Assembly (NCBI GenBank): GCA_018005585.1
Contig: JAGMZX010000007.1
Coordinates: 8,559-72,558 of the forward strand
DNA from: Candidatus Hydrogenedentota bacterium
GTDB taxonomy: Bacteria; Hydrogenedentota; Hydrogenedentia; Hydrogenedentales; JAGMZX01
DNA length: 64,000 nucleotides
Direction: 5' to 3'
Every line of letters starts with the position of its first letter. The first letter of the stretch is position 1. The notes below the pieces were generated by a model. That model worked only from the letters and a program-made list of their open reading frames with translations. It ran no database searches and was not told the origin of the DNA. A program made the translations under genes and the position numbers. Shown here one piece after another: positions 28,275-38,776 of this stretch.

Positions 28275-29333
28275 ATGAACAAACGGGAAGAGGTCATACT
28301 GTCCGGCATTCGTCCGACGGGGCGGTTGCACTACGGCAACTACTTCGGCGCCATAAAGCACTTCATACGGCTTCAGGAAGAAGGCAAGCGCTGCTATTAT
28401 TTCATTGCGGACTATCACGCGCTGACCACAATCACGGAGCGCGAGGATTTCTATGGGCAGACCATCGAAATGCTGCGCACCTATGTTGCCTGCGGGCTCG
28501 ATCCCGGGAAATCCGTCATTTACCGGCAGAGCGACCTTCCCTGCACCGCGGAACTGTGTCTCCTGCTTGGCATGATCACCAACATTGGTTTCCTGGAACG
28601 CGGCACGACATACAAGGATAAGATGGCGAGACTGCAAGAGGACCCAAAGTCGGAAGGCAATCCGCTTTCCTATGGACTTCTTGGATATCCCGTGCTCATG
28701 GCCGCGGACATTCTCATTGTCCGCGCGGACAAGGTGCCGGTGGGCGACGACCAGCGCCAGCACGTGGAGATGGCGTGCGACATTGCGGAGCGCTTCAATA
28801 GCCGTTTCGGCGATACGCTGCACGTGCCGCACCCGGTCGGGCGCGACGCCCTGCGCCTGCCGGGGCTCGACGGCGCATCGAAGATGGGCAAGAGCGAGCA
28901 CAACACGTTGGACCTTCTGGACGACCCCGATACGGTGCTCAAGAAGATACGCGGCGTCGAGACGTCCACGGACCCCCTGCCGCTGGAGACGGAGAGCACA
29001 AATCCGGACGTGGTGGTGCCGCTGATGCCCGCCGGGGTGGGCGTGTTGTACCGTTTGCTGCACCTGCTCGCGCCGGAGGAGGTATACCTGGACTTCCTGG
29101 GCAAGTACCGGCGCAAGGAGAAGTTCTACGGAAAACTGAAGGGCGTGCTTGCCGAGTACGTGTCCCGTTTCAATGCGCCCATTATCGATCGATATAACGA
29201 CCCCGGGAACAGCGAGGCGCACGTGTGCGAATTCCTGCGTGAGAACGCGGAACGGGTCACGCCGGTGGCGCTGGACACGGTCGAACGCTGCCGCGCGGCC
29301 ATTGGCATTGGCCACAGTCTTTATCGGGCTTAA
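28275..29333 (+). CDS. trpS: Tryptophan--tRNA ligase
   Basis: Class I aaRS HIGH-like motif (PTGRLHYGNYFGA) and KMSKS motif (ASKMGKSEHNT); TrpRS-length 352 aa. Confidence 0.9.
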   Translation: MNKREEVILSGIRPTGRLHYGNYFGAIKHFIRLQEEGKRCYYFIADYHALTTITEREDFYGQTIEMLRTYVACGLDPGKSVIYRQSDLPCTAELCLLLGMITNIGFLERGTTYKDKMARLQEDPKSEGNPLSYGLLGYPVLMAADILIVRADKVPVGDDQRQHVEMACDIAERFNSRFGDTLHVPHPVGRDALRLPGLDGASKMGKSEHNTLDLLDDPDTVLKKIRGVETSTDPLPLETESTNPDVVVPLMPAGVGVLYRLLHLLAPEEVYLDFLGKYRRKEKFYGKLKGVLAEYVSRFNAPIIDRYNDPGNSEAHVCEFLRENAERVTPVALDTVERCRAAIGIGHSLYRA

Positions 29334-30206
29334 ATGAAACGTGCGCTGCCAGCCCTGCTTGCAGGCGCCGTCTTCGCCGTCCTGCAGGCGTGCTCCCGTG
29401 AGACGCTGCCGCGGGGCGGCATCGTGTCGATGGGACCTAACATTACCGAGACGATTTTCGCGCTGGGCCAGGGAAACCGGGTCTCCGCGGTGGATTCGTT
29501 CACGGACTTTCCGCCGGAGGCAAGGGTATTGCCGCGCGTCGGCGGATATATCGATCCCAACCTCGAGCGCATCACGCTGATTCGGCCCGAATTGATCGTT
29601 CTCGCAGGACGCTTCCCCAAAGTGATGGAATTTGCCGAACCGCGCAAAATGCGCACGCTCGTGGTTGCGATGGATAGCCTCGCGACAATCGACGCGGGCA
29701 TCGCGACGCTGGGCGTGGTGCTGGAGTGTACGCCCGCCGCGGACCGGCTGCGCGCGCAAATTGCGAATACGTTGGACGCCGTGCGCGCGGCGGCGGCGGG
29801 GCGCCCGCGCCCGCGAGTCCTGATTATTACGGGCCGTTCCACGCACGACCTGAACGACCTCGCGACCGCGGGCGGTGCGTCTTTCGTGTCGGAGATTGTC
29901 GCGTGTGCGGGCGGCGATAATATCTATGCGAACGTGGCCGCGCCATACTTTGAAGCTTCCAAGGAGTCGGTGGTCGCGGAAGCGCCCGAAGTCATTCTTG
30001 AGTTCCACGCGGGTGAAGGACTGAACGCGAGCGACAAGGCGGCCTTCGTCGCGGACTGGGACGCCATGCCGATACTACCCGCCGTGCAGGACAAACGCAT
30101 ATACTTGCTGGCGGAATCACATGCGTTGCGGCCGGGACCGCGGATAGGAGAGATCGCGCGGCGCATGGTGAAGCTTTTGCACCCCGAGGCCGAGTTGCCC
30201 GAATGA
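29334..30206 (+). CDS. ABC transporter periplasmic substrate-binding protein, iron-siderophore/cobalamin (BtuF/FecB, class III) type
   Basis: Lipoprotein-like signal (AVLQAC); class III SBP similarity (RIVSMGPNITETIFALG); starts one base after the trpS stop; followed by the cognate ATPase and FecCD permease. Confidence 0.8.
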   Translation: MKRALPALLAGAVFAVLQACSRETLPRGGIVSMGPNITETIFALGQGNRVSAVDSFTDFPPEARVLPRVGGYIDPNLERITLIRPELIVLAGRFPKVMEFAEPRKMRTLVVAMDSLATIDAGIATLGVVLECTPAADRLRAQIANTLDAVRAAAAGRPRPRVLIITGRSTHDLNDLATAGGASFVSEIVACAGGDNIYANVAAPYFEASKESVVAEAPEVILEFHAGEGLNASDKAAFVADWDAMPILPAVQDKRIYLLAESHALRPGPRIGEIARRMVKLLHPEAELPE

Positions 30207-31069
30207 AACGGTGTCTTGCCGCCGAATCCGTCACCTTCGCCTATGAGCCGGGAACGCCCGTCCTGTGCGGCGTTACGGCAGCGGTGCGCAGTGGCGTCTT
30301 CACCGGCATCCTGGGGCCGAACGGGTCCGGCAAGAGCACGCTCTTGCGCCTGCTCTGCGGCCTGCTGAATCCGTCCGCCGGCAGAGTGACGCTGGACGGG
30401 CGGCCCCTGACCTCATTCTCCGCGGGCGAACGGGCGCGGTCTCTGGCGTATCTGCCGCAGGGTGTGCAGCCCGTGTTCTCCTTGAGTGCTTTCGAGGTCG
30501 TTTGCCTGGGCCGGTATCCGCATGCAGGCGCGCTGGGCGGCCTGCGCGCGCATGACCTTCGGGTAGCGCGCCGCTGCATGCGCGACACGGCCACGGAAGA
30601 CCTCGGACGGCGCAGTTTCATGGAACTGTCCGGCGGCGAGCGGCAGCGCGTGCTTCTCGCGAGCATTCTTGCCCAGGAGCCCAGCCTGTTATTGCTCGAT
30701 GAGCCCACCGCCGCCCTGGATATTCATCACGAGGCGGAGGTGTTCGCCCTGCTCGCGCGCCTCGCCCGAGAGGGGTACGGGATAGGCGTCGTAACCCATG
30801 ACCTGAACCTCGCGGCGGGGTTCTGCAACGAATTCCTGCTGTTGTCGCGCGAACATGCGGTTGTTGCTTCCGGGTCCGCGGAGGCGGTCCTCGATGCGGA
30901 CATTCTTACCACCGCGTACGGCTCTTCCATCCGTGTTGGGTTGAATCCGCTCACCGGCGCTCCGTTCGTTCACGCCGAACAGCCGGACACCGCTGCGTTT
31001 TCGATTCCCATCCCGGTTCCCTGCCCCTCACCTGGCGGACCCACCCGCGCCCGGGAAGACGCGCCATGA
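30203..31069 (+). CDS. ABC transporter ATP-binding protein (iron chelate/cobalamin importer type)
   Basis: Walker A GPNGSGKST, signature LSGGERQRV, Walker B LLLLDEPTAALD; ATGA overlap with the upstream SBP gene. Confidence 0.85.
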   Translation: MKRCLAAESVTFAYEPGTPVLCGVTAAVRSGVFTGILGPNGSGKSTLLRLLCGLLNPSAGRVTLDGRPLTSFSAGERARSLAYLPQGVQPVFSLSAFEVVCLGRYPHAGALGGLRAHDLRVARRCMRDTATEDLGRRSFMELSGGERQRVLLASILAQEPSLLLLDEPTAALDIHHEAEVFALLARLAREGYGIGVVTHDLNLAAGFCNEFLLLSREHAVVASGSAEAVLDADILTTAYGSSIRVGLNPLTGAPFVHAEQPDTAAFSIPIPVPCPSPGGPTRAREDAP

Positions 31070-32097
31070 AACGGCGCCTCTCCGCCGTCTGGGTCTTGTC
31101 CGGCGCTGCCCTGCTCTGCCTGGCCGCCGCCGGCGCGAGTCTCAGCGTCGGTCCGGAACCCGTGACGCCGCTCGATCTCCTGCGCCAGTGGCGCGCGGGA
31201 GAGGCGTCCTCTGACGCGGAGTACATCCTGTTCAGCCTGCGCCTGCCGCGCACGCTGGTCGCGTTTCTGGCAGGCGCGGGTCTCGCGCTTGTGGGGTGCG
31301 CTTTCCAGGCGCTGTTGCGCAACCCGCTTGCCACGCCGTACACGCTTGGCCTTGCCGGAGCGGGCTCGTTTGGCGCCTACACCGCGCTCGTGCTGATCGA
31401 TTTCGGGCGCTTGCCTTACGCACTGCTCGGCGTCCCGATGGTGCAGGCCTTCGCATTCCTGTTTGCCTCCGGGGATGTTCTGTTGATCTTTCTGGTCGCA
31501 TCGCGGCGGGTCAGGCCGTCGCCGACGGTGCTGCTGCTCACGGGTGTCACGCTGGGCATCGTCGCCAATTCGGGCATCATGCTGACCCGCTACTTCGCCC
31601 GCCCTGAGCGCTTGATCGACATGGACCGCTGGCTCATGGGCGGCGTCGATGTGGTCGGCTATGGTTCCGCGGCCACGCTGGCCGCAGGCGTCCTCCCGGC
31701 GTGCCTGGTGCTGTTCGCGCAGGCCGGGAAGCTCGACCAGTTCGGTTTCAGCGAGGAAATGGCCGCGGGCCGGGGCGTCAATATCGCGCGCCTGCAAATT
31801 GTCGTGCTGCTGCTGGGGTCGCTGATCACTGGTGTCATCGTTTCAGAGGTCGGCCCCATAGGTTTTGTGGGGTTGGTTGTGCCGCACACCGTCCGCGCGT
31901 TTACCGGGTCGAGCCACCGCTTGCTCATGCCCGCGAGCCTGTTGAGCGGCGGCGCCTTTCTGTGCCTGTGTGACCTTGCCGCGCGCAAGGTGCCCGTCGC
32001 GGGCGAAATCCCCATCGGGATCATCACCTCGCTCATCGGCGGGCCGTTTTTCCTTTATTTGCTCATGCGCGGCAAATTCACCGATTGGGAAACGTGA
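31066..32097 (+). CDS. ABC transporter permease, FecCD/BtuC family
   Basis: FecCD-family hallmarks (LRLPRTLVAFLAGAGLALVGCAFQALLRNPLATPYTLG); about 9 TM helices; ATGA overlap with the ATPase gene. Confidence 0.85.
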   Translation: MKRRLSAVWVLSGAALLCLAAAGASLSVGPEPVTPLDLLRQWRAGEASSDAEYILFSLRLPRTLVAFLAGAGLALVGCAFQALLRNPLATPYTLGLAGAGSFGAYTALVLIDFGRLPYALLGVPMVQAFAFLFASGDVLLIFLVASRRVRPSPTVLLLTGVTLGIVANSGIMLTRYFARPERLIDMDRWLMGGVDVVGYGSAATLAAGVLPACLVLFAQAGKLDQFGFSEEMAAGRGVNIARLQIVVLLLGSLITGVIVSEVGPIGFVGLVVPHTVRAFTGSSHRLLMPASLLSGGAFLCLCDLAARKVPVAGEIPIGIITSLIGGPFFLYLLMRGKFTDWET

Positions 32098-32377
32098 GAG
32101 ACCGCTGCCACCCGAAGGGCAATCCCTGAGACCGGAAATATAGCTGTGGCGCGAATGGCCAATTCCTGTGACGCCGCGTCAGCGCCAAGGAAAGGTTCCC
32201 AAACCGGCTATCACCGTGCGGACCGCGCGGTCTCCGGGGCTTAAATTGCGCGGCACCTCGCGTCAAATGAGTCTCCCTCGCGCGCTTGCGCCCGACATGC
32301 CCGTTTCATTGCACGAGCACGCCCGCGTGTGTTAGCGTTTCGTTCGTCCAAGCCCCCTTGTTTCAACGGGTTTCTTC

Positions 32378-34345
32378 ATGGCAAATCTCAGTGTCACGCC
32401 GGAATTACAGTCCGTTACGCCGCCGCGTCCGCGAGGTTCCGCATGGACCGTTTATAGTCGGCTGATGGGCTACGCCTGGCGCTACAAGGGCCGTCTGCTG
32501 CTGGCCCTGTTCTTCGCGTTGGTCATTGCGGCCTCCTTCGGAGGTATGCTCGTTGCTGTGGGCACGGTCGTCAAGATCACCTTCTATGAACCCGTTCTGC
32601 CCAAACCCGGCGAACAGCCGGACATCGACCCCGGCGACCGGCTCGTCCAGGATGTGCACAATGCGGTCCAGTGGATGACGGACAACACCGGCTGGGGGCC
32701 GCAGGGGCTGGAGGCGCACACGCAGGCGCTTGTGAACGCGATGCGCGCGGACAAAATGCGCGCGTTGCGTATCGCGTGCGGCATCGTTCTGTTTTTGGCG
32801 GTTATTATCGGGATAGCCCGGTTTTTGCAGGAATACTTCGCCGGGGCCATCTGCACGAATATCACGACCGACCTCGGCGAGGAAATGTATGTCAATCTGA
32901 TGCGGCAGCCGGTGGGACTGTTCGAGGCGCGCAGTTCCGGCGATATTCTTTCCCGGTTTACCAACGACATATTCATGGTCAATCGCGGCTTGCTCGGAGT
33001 CTTTGAAAAAGTGCTTCGCGAACCGCTGAAGGCGCTCACGTTCCTTTTCATCGCCATCGCGGTGGACCCGGGTCTTACGCTTATTGGCCTCTGTGTCCTG
33101 CCGCCCGTGGCCTACGTGCTCGCATACATTGGCATTAAGGTGCGCAAGAGCGTACGGCGTTCACTCGAAAAAATCGGGTCCATGGCGTCGGTCGTGAACG
33201 AAACCGTCACGGGCATTCACATCGTGAAGGGTTTCGGCATGGAGGCCTACGAGGTCGGCCGGGTCAGGGCTGAGATCAAGAAACTGAAGCGTTTTCTCAT
33301 GAAAATGATCCGGGACAACGCCGCAACGGGCCCCGTCACGGAGTTTATCCTGGTCATCGGCCTGGTGGTATTCGTGCTGATGAGCGGCAGACGGGTGGTT
33401 GACGGTCGGCTCGACGCCGGCGACCTCGTGCAACTCTATTTTTCGCTCGCGATGATGCTCGACCCGGTGCGGAAGCTCTCGGCGGTCAACAATATGATCC
33501 AAACGAGCATCGCGAGCGCGGAACGGGTCTTCGAGTTCATCGACCTCAAGCCGTGTATCGTTGAAACGGGGGATGCCGTCGAACTCCCGCCGCTTGCGGA
33601 CAGGTTGCGTTTCGATGACGTGCATTTTTCGTATGACGGGACGACGGAGATACTGAAAGGGCTCACGTTCGAGGTGGGGAAGGGCGAAATGATCGCCCTC
33701 GTCGGGTTCAGCGGCTCGGGCAAGAGCACGATTACAAAGCTGATTCCTCGTTTCTACGACGTGTCGGCCGGTTCCATCACGTTCGATGGCGTGGATATTC
33801 GCCGCGCGACATTCAAGAGCCTGCGCGAGCAGATCAGCCTCGTGACGCAAAACACGATTTTGTTTGATGAGTCGATTCGGGACAACATCGCCTTCGGACG
33901 CGCTGATTTCACGGATCAGCGGGTCGAAGCCGCCGCACGGGCGGCGTATGCACATGATTTCATCTTGCGGCTGCAGCAAGGGTATGCGACGCGCATCGGC
34001 GAAGCGGGCCAGACCCTCTCGGGCGGTCAGCGTCAGCGGCTGGCAATTGCCCGCGCAATCATTAAGGACCCGACGATTCTGATCCTCGATGAGGCCACGT
34101 CGAGCCTGGACTCGGAGAGCGAGCGCTTGATTCAGGAAGCGCTGGACCAGTTTGTCGCGGGGCGCACCGCCATCGTGATTGCACACCGGCTCTCGACGAT
34201 CCAGCGCGCGGACCGCATTCTCGTGATCGACGATGGCACAGTGGTGGAGCAGGGCACGCACCAGGAGTTGCTGGAGCGCAACGGCATTTACAGGCGCCTG
34301 TACGAGGTGCAATTCGCGGCGGCGAACCAGGAGAACGGCGCATGA
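32378..34345 (+). CDS. ABC exporter, fused permease/ATPase (MsbA/lipid A-type)
   Basis: 6-TM N-terminal domain; Walker A GFSGSGKST, signature LSGGQRQRLAIARA, Walker B ILILDEATSSLD. Confidence 0.85.
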   Translation: MANLSVTPELQSVTPPRPRGSAWTVYSRLMGYAWRYKGRLLLALFFALVIAASFGGMLVAVGTVVKITFYEPVLPKPGEQPDIDPGDRLVQDVHNAVQWMTDNTGWGPQGLEAHTQALVNAMRADKMRALRIACGIVLFLAVIIGIARFLQEYFAGAICTNITTDLGEEMYVNLMRQPVGLFEARSSGDILSRFTNDIFMVNRGLLGVFEKVLREPLKALTFLFIAIAVDPGLTLIGLCVLPPVAYVLAYIGIKVRKSVRRSLEKIGSMASVVNETVTGIHIVKGFGMEAYEVGRVRAEIKKLKRFLMKMIRDNAATGPVTEFILVIGLVVFVLMSGRRVVDGRLDAGDLVQLYFSLAMMLDPVRKLSAVNNMIQTSIASAERVFEFIDLKPCIVETGDAVELPPLADRLRFDDVHFSYDGTTEILKGLTFEVGKGEMIALVGFSGSGKSTITKLIPRFYDVSAGSITFDGVDIRRATFKSLREQISLVTQNTILFDESIRDNIAFGRADFTDQRVEAAARAAYAHDFILRLQQGYATRIGEAGQTLSGGQRQRLAIARAIIKDPTILILDEATSSLDSESERLIQEALDQFVAGRTAIVIAHRLSTIQRADRILVIDDGTVVEQGTHQELLERNGIYRRLYEVQFAAANQENGA

Positions 34346-35019
34346 GAACGTGGGCCGCTGTCGCCGCGCTCTCGCTGGTCCTGGTGGGATGTGGCGGCGA
34401 AGAACCGCGCACCGCGGGCGCTCCGGCTGCGGCAGGACAGAGGCATGGGCAAGACGCCCGTGCCCCGAATTCTCAAGTCCGGGGACTCGTGCGGGTCGTG
34501 GACCTGCAAAGGCAGCCGTTGGCGGGTATGGCGCCAATCGCGACGCTGCAACCGAATGCCTTTGATGAGCCGGTAGCCTCGGGGCCGCTCACGGCGGCGG
34601 ACGGCCGGTCCGCCTTGTTGTTCCCGGCGGACCAGAGGGTTTGCGTGCGGGCGTGGGACCCGGAACTGCGCTTTTTCGCCAACAATTACGTTGATGTCCT
34701 GCCTAATACCGGCACTATCACGGAAGAAATGGAAATCATAATGGCTCCCGCCGCGTCGTTTGAGATGACGCTGCTGCTGCCGGGCGGTCTGCCCGCGGCG
34801 AACCGGAATGTGGGCCTGATGATGTTTCATCCGACCCGCGGCCCGTGGTGGCCAAGCGAGGGAAATTCGGACAGCACGGGCAGAGTCGCGTTCGTGTCGA
34901 TACCGCCGGGCCGTTTTCTCCTGAAAGTGAAGATAGACAGCGGGGAGTCAATTGACCTGCCGGAATTGAGTCTGCCGCCCGGCGCGTCCGTCGATTTGGG
35001 GCCGGTGTTCCTGCAATAA
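34342..35019 (+). CDS. Lipoprotein, hypothetical
   Basis: Lipobox LSLVLVGC; beta-rich low-complexity body; ATGA overlap with the exporter gene suggests co-translation. Confidence 0.55.
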   Translation: MRTWAAVAALSLVLVGCGGEEPRTAGAPAAAGQRHGQDARAPNSQVRGLVRVVDLQRQPLAGMAPIATLQPNAFDEPVASGPLTAADGRSALLFPADQRVCVRAWDPELRFFANNYVDVLPNTGTITEEMEIIMAPAASFEMTLLLPGGLPAANRNVGLMMFHPTRGPWWPSEGNSDSTGRVAFVSIPPGRFLLKVKIDSGESIDLPELSLPPGASVDLGPVFLQ

Positions 35020-35042
35020 CGTTGTGGAGTCAAGCTAACGTA

Positions 35043-35777
35043 ATGCCCGTTTTCCGCCTCACACGCCAGCTGGCGTTTCCCGACCCCGAACTTGCGGAAG
35101 ACGGTCTTCTCGCCGTGGGGGGGGATTTGAGCGTAGGCCGGCTGATGCTCGCTTACCGGCACGGTATCTTCCCGTGGTACTCGGAGGGCGAGCCAATCCT
35201 GTGGTGGTCGCCGGATCCGCGCATGGTCATTGTTCCGCAGCGGTTCCACACGTCGAAACGGCTGTTGCGTGTCTTGAAACAACAGAAATTCCGTTTCACT
35301 CTGGACACCGTGTTCGCGGACGTGATTCGCGGGTGCGCGGCGGTCAGGCGGCGCCATGAGCGTGGCACGTGGATTACCCCCGATATGATCGAGGCCTACG
35401 TGCGACTGCACGAAGCGGGCTATGCCCATTCCGTAGAGGCCTGGCAGGAAGAAACGCTGGCCGGGGGACTCTACGGACTCTCTTTCGGCGCGTGTTTCTT
35501 TGGTGAGTCCATGTTCACGCGCGCGACGGATGCTTCGAAAGCGGCACTGACCGCGTTTGTGCATCAGTGCGTGCGCTGGGACATCCAATTGATTGACTGC
35601 CAGTTGCCGAACCCGCATTTGCGGCGACTGGGTGCTCTTGAGATGCCGCGCCGTGAGTACCTGCGCCTTCTCGAATCGCTGGCGCAGCGCGCGACGCTGC
35701 GCGGGCCGTGGCGATTCGATGAGGACTTGGCGGCCTCGGCGTTCAGGCGACAATCTGACGGGTTACCACCTGAATGA
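35043..35777 (+). CDS. aat: Leucyl/phenylalanyl-tRNA--protein transferase
   Basis: Aat family motifs (GGDLSVGRLMLAYRHGIFPWY, PILWWSPDPRMV, GESMF); ATG at 35043, alternative TTG at 35022. Confidence 0.8.
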   Translation: MPVFRLTRQLAFPDPELAEDGLLAVGGDLSVGRLMLAYRHGIFPWYSEGEPILWWSPDPRMVIVPQRFHTSKRLLRVLKQQKFRFTLDTVFADVIRGCAAVRRRHERGTWITPDMIEAYVRLHEAGYAHSVEAWQEETLAGGLYGLSFGACFFGESMFTRATDASKAALTAFVHQCVRWDIQLIDCQLPNPHLRRLGALEMPRREYLRLLESLAQRATLRGPWRFDEDLAASAFRRQSDGLPPE

Positions 35778-36888
35778 GAGCGCAGGCGTGGGCAGCGCTC
35801 GCCTGTGCTTCTTCGCGCAGGGGGGCCACCGCGAGCACATAGCCGATGGTGTCGCGCGACGCGGTGTCGACGACGTGCTTCAGGGTATCGCCGATTTTCG
35901 CGGCCACGGCAACCTTGCGCACGCCAGGACAGGCTCGAGCGGCTTCGAGACCGTTTATCTCTTGCACGATGCCGCTGTGGGAGGTTAACCAGCGGACAGC
36001 GGCGGGAAGGGTGGATGTGGGCGTTTCGCGGGGCGGGTCGCCCGCGGCAACGCGCAGGCAATCGCGCTCGATGTCGATGTCGAGCGATTCCATGAGCAGG
36101 TCATTGTAGGCCGCGTTCACGATGCGTGCGGGATTGCAGCCGACCAGGAGCGGCGTGTCCAGCACGACCGCGAATTCGAATTCCACGAGGTAGTGGCCGC
36201 TGGGCAGACGCCGGGCGGCCCTGTTTGCGAATGCGAGGAGGGACTGGTAGGCCCGCTGGGAAAGAGGCGGGGGGTATACCACGCTGATGGGAACGGGGAA
36301 CTGACCGGGAAGCAGTTCTTCGCCGACAATTTCGACAGGGAAAAAATCCCGTTGGAACATGAAACCGTACAGTCGGAAGAGGGGGCCGTCCCAGGCCCGC
36401 TGCAGCGCTACCGCGACGGCGGGGGCTCTTTTGTGTATCTTGGCAAACGCGAGGGGGAAATCGGGGTGATGGTCGATACGGACGCGAAACGGCTGCCGAA
36501 GCGCGGCCGCCGGGCCCGCCCACGCGGGGAGATCGATGGCGTGCAGCGCGTCGAGCATGGGTTCCGCCGACGGCATGACCTTGAACTCGACGACGGGCAA
36601 ACCTTCCGCGCGCATCTGTTCGAGACAGGCGGATTGGGCCTCAGGCTCCCGCCACGCACCTGGCACGCCGGGCAGACACAATTGCGCTATGACGGCGTCT
36701 GCCGCATCCTCCGCCGCGGCGTCGAGGGCAAGTATACCGTCGGCCCGCTGTTCGCGCGCGACGCGCAGCAACGACTCCGGCTCAAGCGCATCCGGCACAT
36801 GAATGGCTTCCAAGCCTTCCGAAAGGGCTTTTTCCCGCAAGCGGTCGGGTGCGGCCTTCGCACTAACCAGCAGCAAGCGTTTTGGCAT
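35743..36888 (-). CDS. ATP-grasp domain protein
   Basis: ATP-grasp fold pattern (LPVVEFKVMPSAEP..., FEFAVVLDTPLLVGCNPAR); last gene of the minus-strand glycan locus. Confidence 0.6.
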   Translation of the reverse strand: MPKRLLLVSAKAAPDRLREKALSEGLEAIHVPDALEPESLLRVAREQRADGILALDAAAEDAADAVIAQLCLPGVPGAWREPEAQSACLEQMRAEGLPVVEFKVMPSAEPMLDALHAIDLPAWAGPAAALRQPFRVRIDHHPDFPLAFAKIHKRAPAVAVALQRAWDGPLFRLYGFMFQRDFFPVEIVGEELLPGQFPVPISVVYPPPLSQRAYQSLLAFANRAARRLPSGHYLVEFEFAVVLDTPLLVGCNPARIVNAAYNDLLMESLDIDIERDCLRVAAGDPPRETPTSTLPAAVRWLTSHSGIVQEINGLEAARACPGVRKVAVAAKIGDTLKHVVDTASRDTIGYVLAVAPLREEAQASAAHACALIQVVTRQIVA

Positions 36889-37015
36889 CCCTGTTCCTTA
36901 AGCGAAAGACTGACACGACGGCGGCGATATGCGTTCTGAGTTCCCGCGCACCCTTCGGGAAGCGCCGTTCGAGCGTTGTTTCCACTCCTATTCTACAGGG
37001 TACGTGCGGCGTGTA

Positions 37016-38074
37016 TCATCTTAAGCCCGGGAGGGAATCCATGACCGCGGCGGTGACGCTATCGATATCGATGCGGGTCATGCAGCGGTGGTCGGTTGTG
37101 CATACGGGCTTCTGGCAGGGTCCGCAGTCCACATCGACCCGGAGAATCGCGCCGCGCTCCCAGGGACCGTCCGTGTAATCCGGCGACGTGGGGCCCATGA
37201 TGCATACCACCGGCTTCTGGAAGGCAACCGCAATGTGGCGCGGCCCCGTATCGTTGCAGAGCAGCAGGTCGGCCTGCGCGATCATGGCCTTGAGCAGCGC
37301 GATGCCCGTGGTGCGGAACGGGCCTTGAATAACGGGCGCGCAAGTCTGTCTCAGGATAGCTGAGCGTACATCCGCTTCGTCCGGACCGGTCAGCAGAAAG
37401 AATCGCGCCCCGGTCTCGGCGGCAAGACGGTCCATGACGGCGGCATACCTCGCGGCGGGCCAGCGCTTGCTTGGCCCGAAGGCCGCGCCGGGCGCGACGC
37501 CGATGACCGGGGCCGCGGCGCCGATGGCCTGCCGCACTTCCGCGACGGCGTCCGGGTCCGCGTGCAATTCCAGGCCCGCGTCATCGTCCTCGCAGCCAAG
37601 CGGTTCAAGCAGGTCCAGATACTCGCGCGCCATGTAGACCGGCGCTATGCGCCCGTCCTTACGATGCGGGGTTGCGCGATGCGTGAGCAGAAAACTGCGC
37701 CCGCCGCGGGCATAGCCCAGGCGGATCTGAGCGCCCGCAAGCCGGGCGAGCAGCGCCGCGCGAAAAGAGTGGGGGAAGACCACGGCGAGGTCGGGGGCTT
37801 GCGACCGGAGCCCGGCACTCAGCCGCAGCATGGGCGCCAACCCGGGGCGGGCGGCGATTTCAACGCAGTGGGTAATGTGCGGGAATTCCTCCAGCAATTC
37901 ACAGACGGAGCGCCGCGCGGCGACGGTGATTTCCGCCTGAGGCAGGCGGCGCCGCAATGCGCGCAGAGCCGGGGTACACATGGCCGCGTCGCCGACCCAG
38001 TTGGGCGCGAGGACCAGAACCTTGGCAATCGTGCCGGGGCTGCCGCTGCGCCGGGTGCGCCGCATATTGAACAT
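37016..38074 (-). CDS. ADP-heptose:LPS heptosyltransferase-family glycosyltransferase (GT9)
   Basis: KVLVLAPNWVGDAAMCTPALRAL N-terminus; C-terminal GT-B region DADVRSAILRQTCAPVI...LLKAMIAQADLLLCNDTGPRHIAVAFQKPVVCIMGPTSP. Confidence 0.8.
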   Translation of the reverse strand: MFNMRRTRRSGSPGTIAKVLVLAPNWVGDAAMCTPALRALRRRLPQAEITVAARRSVCELLEEFPHITHCVEIAARPGLAPMLRLSAGLRSQAPDLAVVFPHSFRAALLARLAGAQIRLGYARGGRSFLLTHRATPHRKDGRIAPVYMAREYLDLLEPLGCEDDDAGLELHADPDAVAEVRQAIGAAAPVIGVAPGAAFGPSKRWPAARYAAVMDRLAAETGARFFLLTGPDEADVRSAILRQTCAPVIQGPFRTTGIALLKAMIAQADLLLCNDTGPRHIAVAFQKPVVCIMGPTSPDYTDGPWERGAILRVDVDCGPCQKPVCTTDHRCMTRIDIDSVTAAVMDSLPGLR

Positions 38075-38083
38075 CGGATGCCC

Positions 38084-38428
38084 CTAACGTTTCCGCTCGC
38101 GGATGCGCCGTCGCAGCGCATTCGTAAACGATTTGTCGCCCAATGTGTCGCGAAAGGAGTCCCGCTCTTCGCGCAGCCGGCGGCGCGCAATGTCGAAAAG
38201 GTCCATGACCGCGCGCAGAAGCAGGATGCCGAAGAAGAGAAACATCAGGGACAGCACCAGGGCGAAGCGCCTGGGATTGTCCCTGGAAGTGACCATCTGC
38301 AGACCAAGCAGCATCACCAGCGGAATGATGAGGAGCAGATAAAAGCTGACCGGGCGCCAGCGGCGGGACGATTGCGTCTTCCGGGTTTCTCCGGTCTGTT
38401 TGGACTCCTGCTCGCCCGTGTCAGGCAT
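38084..38428 (-). CDS. Small membrane protein, hypothetical
   Basis: Start at MPDTGEQESK (ATG 38426-38428, minus strand); two TM helices (VSFYLLLIIPLVMLLGL, LVLSLMFLFFGILLL); basic C-terminus. Confidence 0.4.
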   Translation of the reverse strand: MPDTGEQESKQTGETRKTQSSRRWRPVSFYLLLIIPLVMLLGLQMVTSRDNPRRFALVLSLMFLFFGILLLRAVMDLFDIARRRLREERDSFRDTLGDKSFTNALRRRIRERKR

Positions 38429-38442
38429 AGAGAACTCCCGGG

Positions 38443-38664
38443 TTACTCCATGCAACAGCCGCCCATGGGACAACTCGACGCCGCGGCGCACGCGCCGGAT
38501 GCGCAGGCAGGCGCGCTTGCCGCGCTGGAGAGGGCCGCGAAATGGCTGGCCTGCTTTTCCATCCGGCGACTGCCGCACTGTGGGCAGGCCGGTTCCTCGT
38601 TGCCGCGAACAAGAATCTCACTCTTTGCGCCGCAGGCGGCGCAAGCATAACTGAACAGGGGCAT
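38443..38664 (-). CDS. FmdB-family zinc-ribbon protein
   Basis: 73 aa, MPLFSYACAACGAKSEIL...PACPQCGS (CxxC-N17-CxxC), Cys-rich tail; embedded within antisense ORF 38443..39225. Confidence 0.55.
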   Translation of the reverse strand: MPLFSYACAACGAKSEILVRGNEEPACPQCGSRRMEKQASHFAALSSAASAPACASGACAAASSCPMGGCCME

Positions 38665-38776
38665 GGCGCGCTCCTCTTGCTGAAGCCTACGTGTCCGGGC
38701 AGGATCATAACAGCCGGGACGCGACGCGGCAAGAATGCAGACACGGCTGCGGCGCACGGCGCCCGGGCAAGCTGGG

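Noticed and set aside
28257-30008. 583-aa minus-strand ORF antisense to trpS and the ABC SBP gene
   Set aside because: Antisense to two well-supported genes; R/H-rich nonsense translation.
33161-34537. 458-aa minus-strand ORF antisense to the MsbA-like exporter
   Set aside because: No motifs; overlaps Walker A/B-containing CDS on the plus strand.
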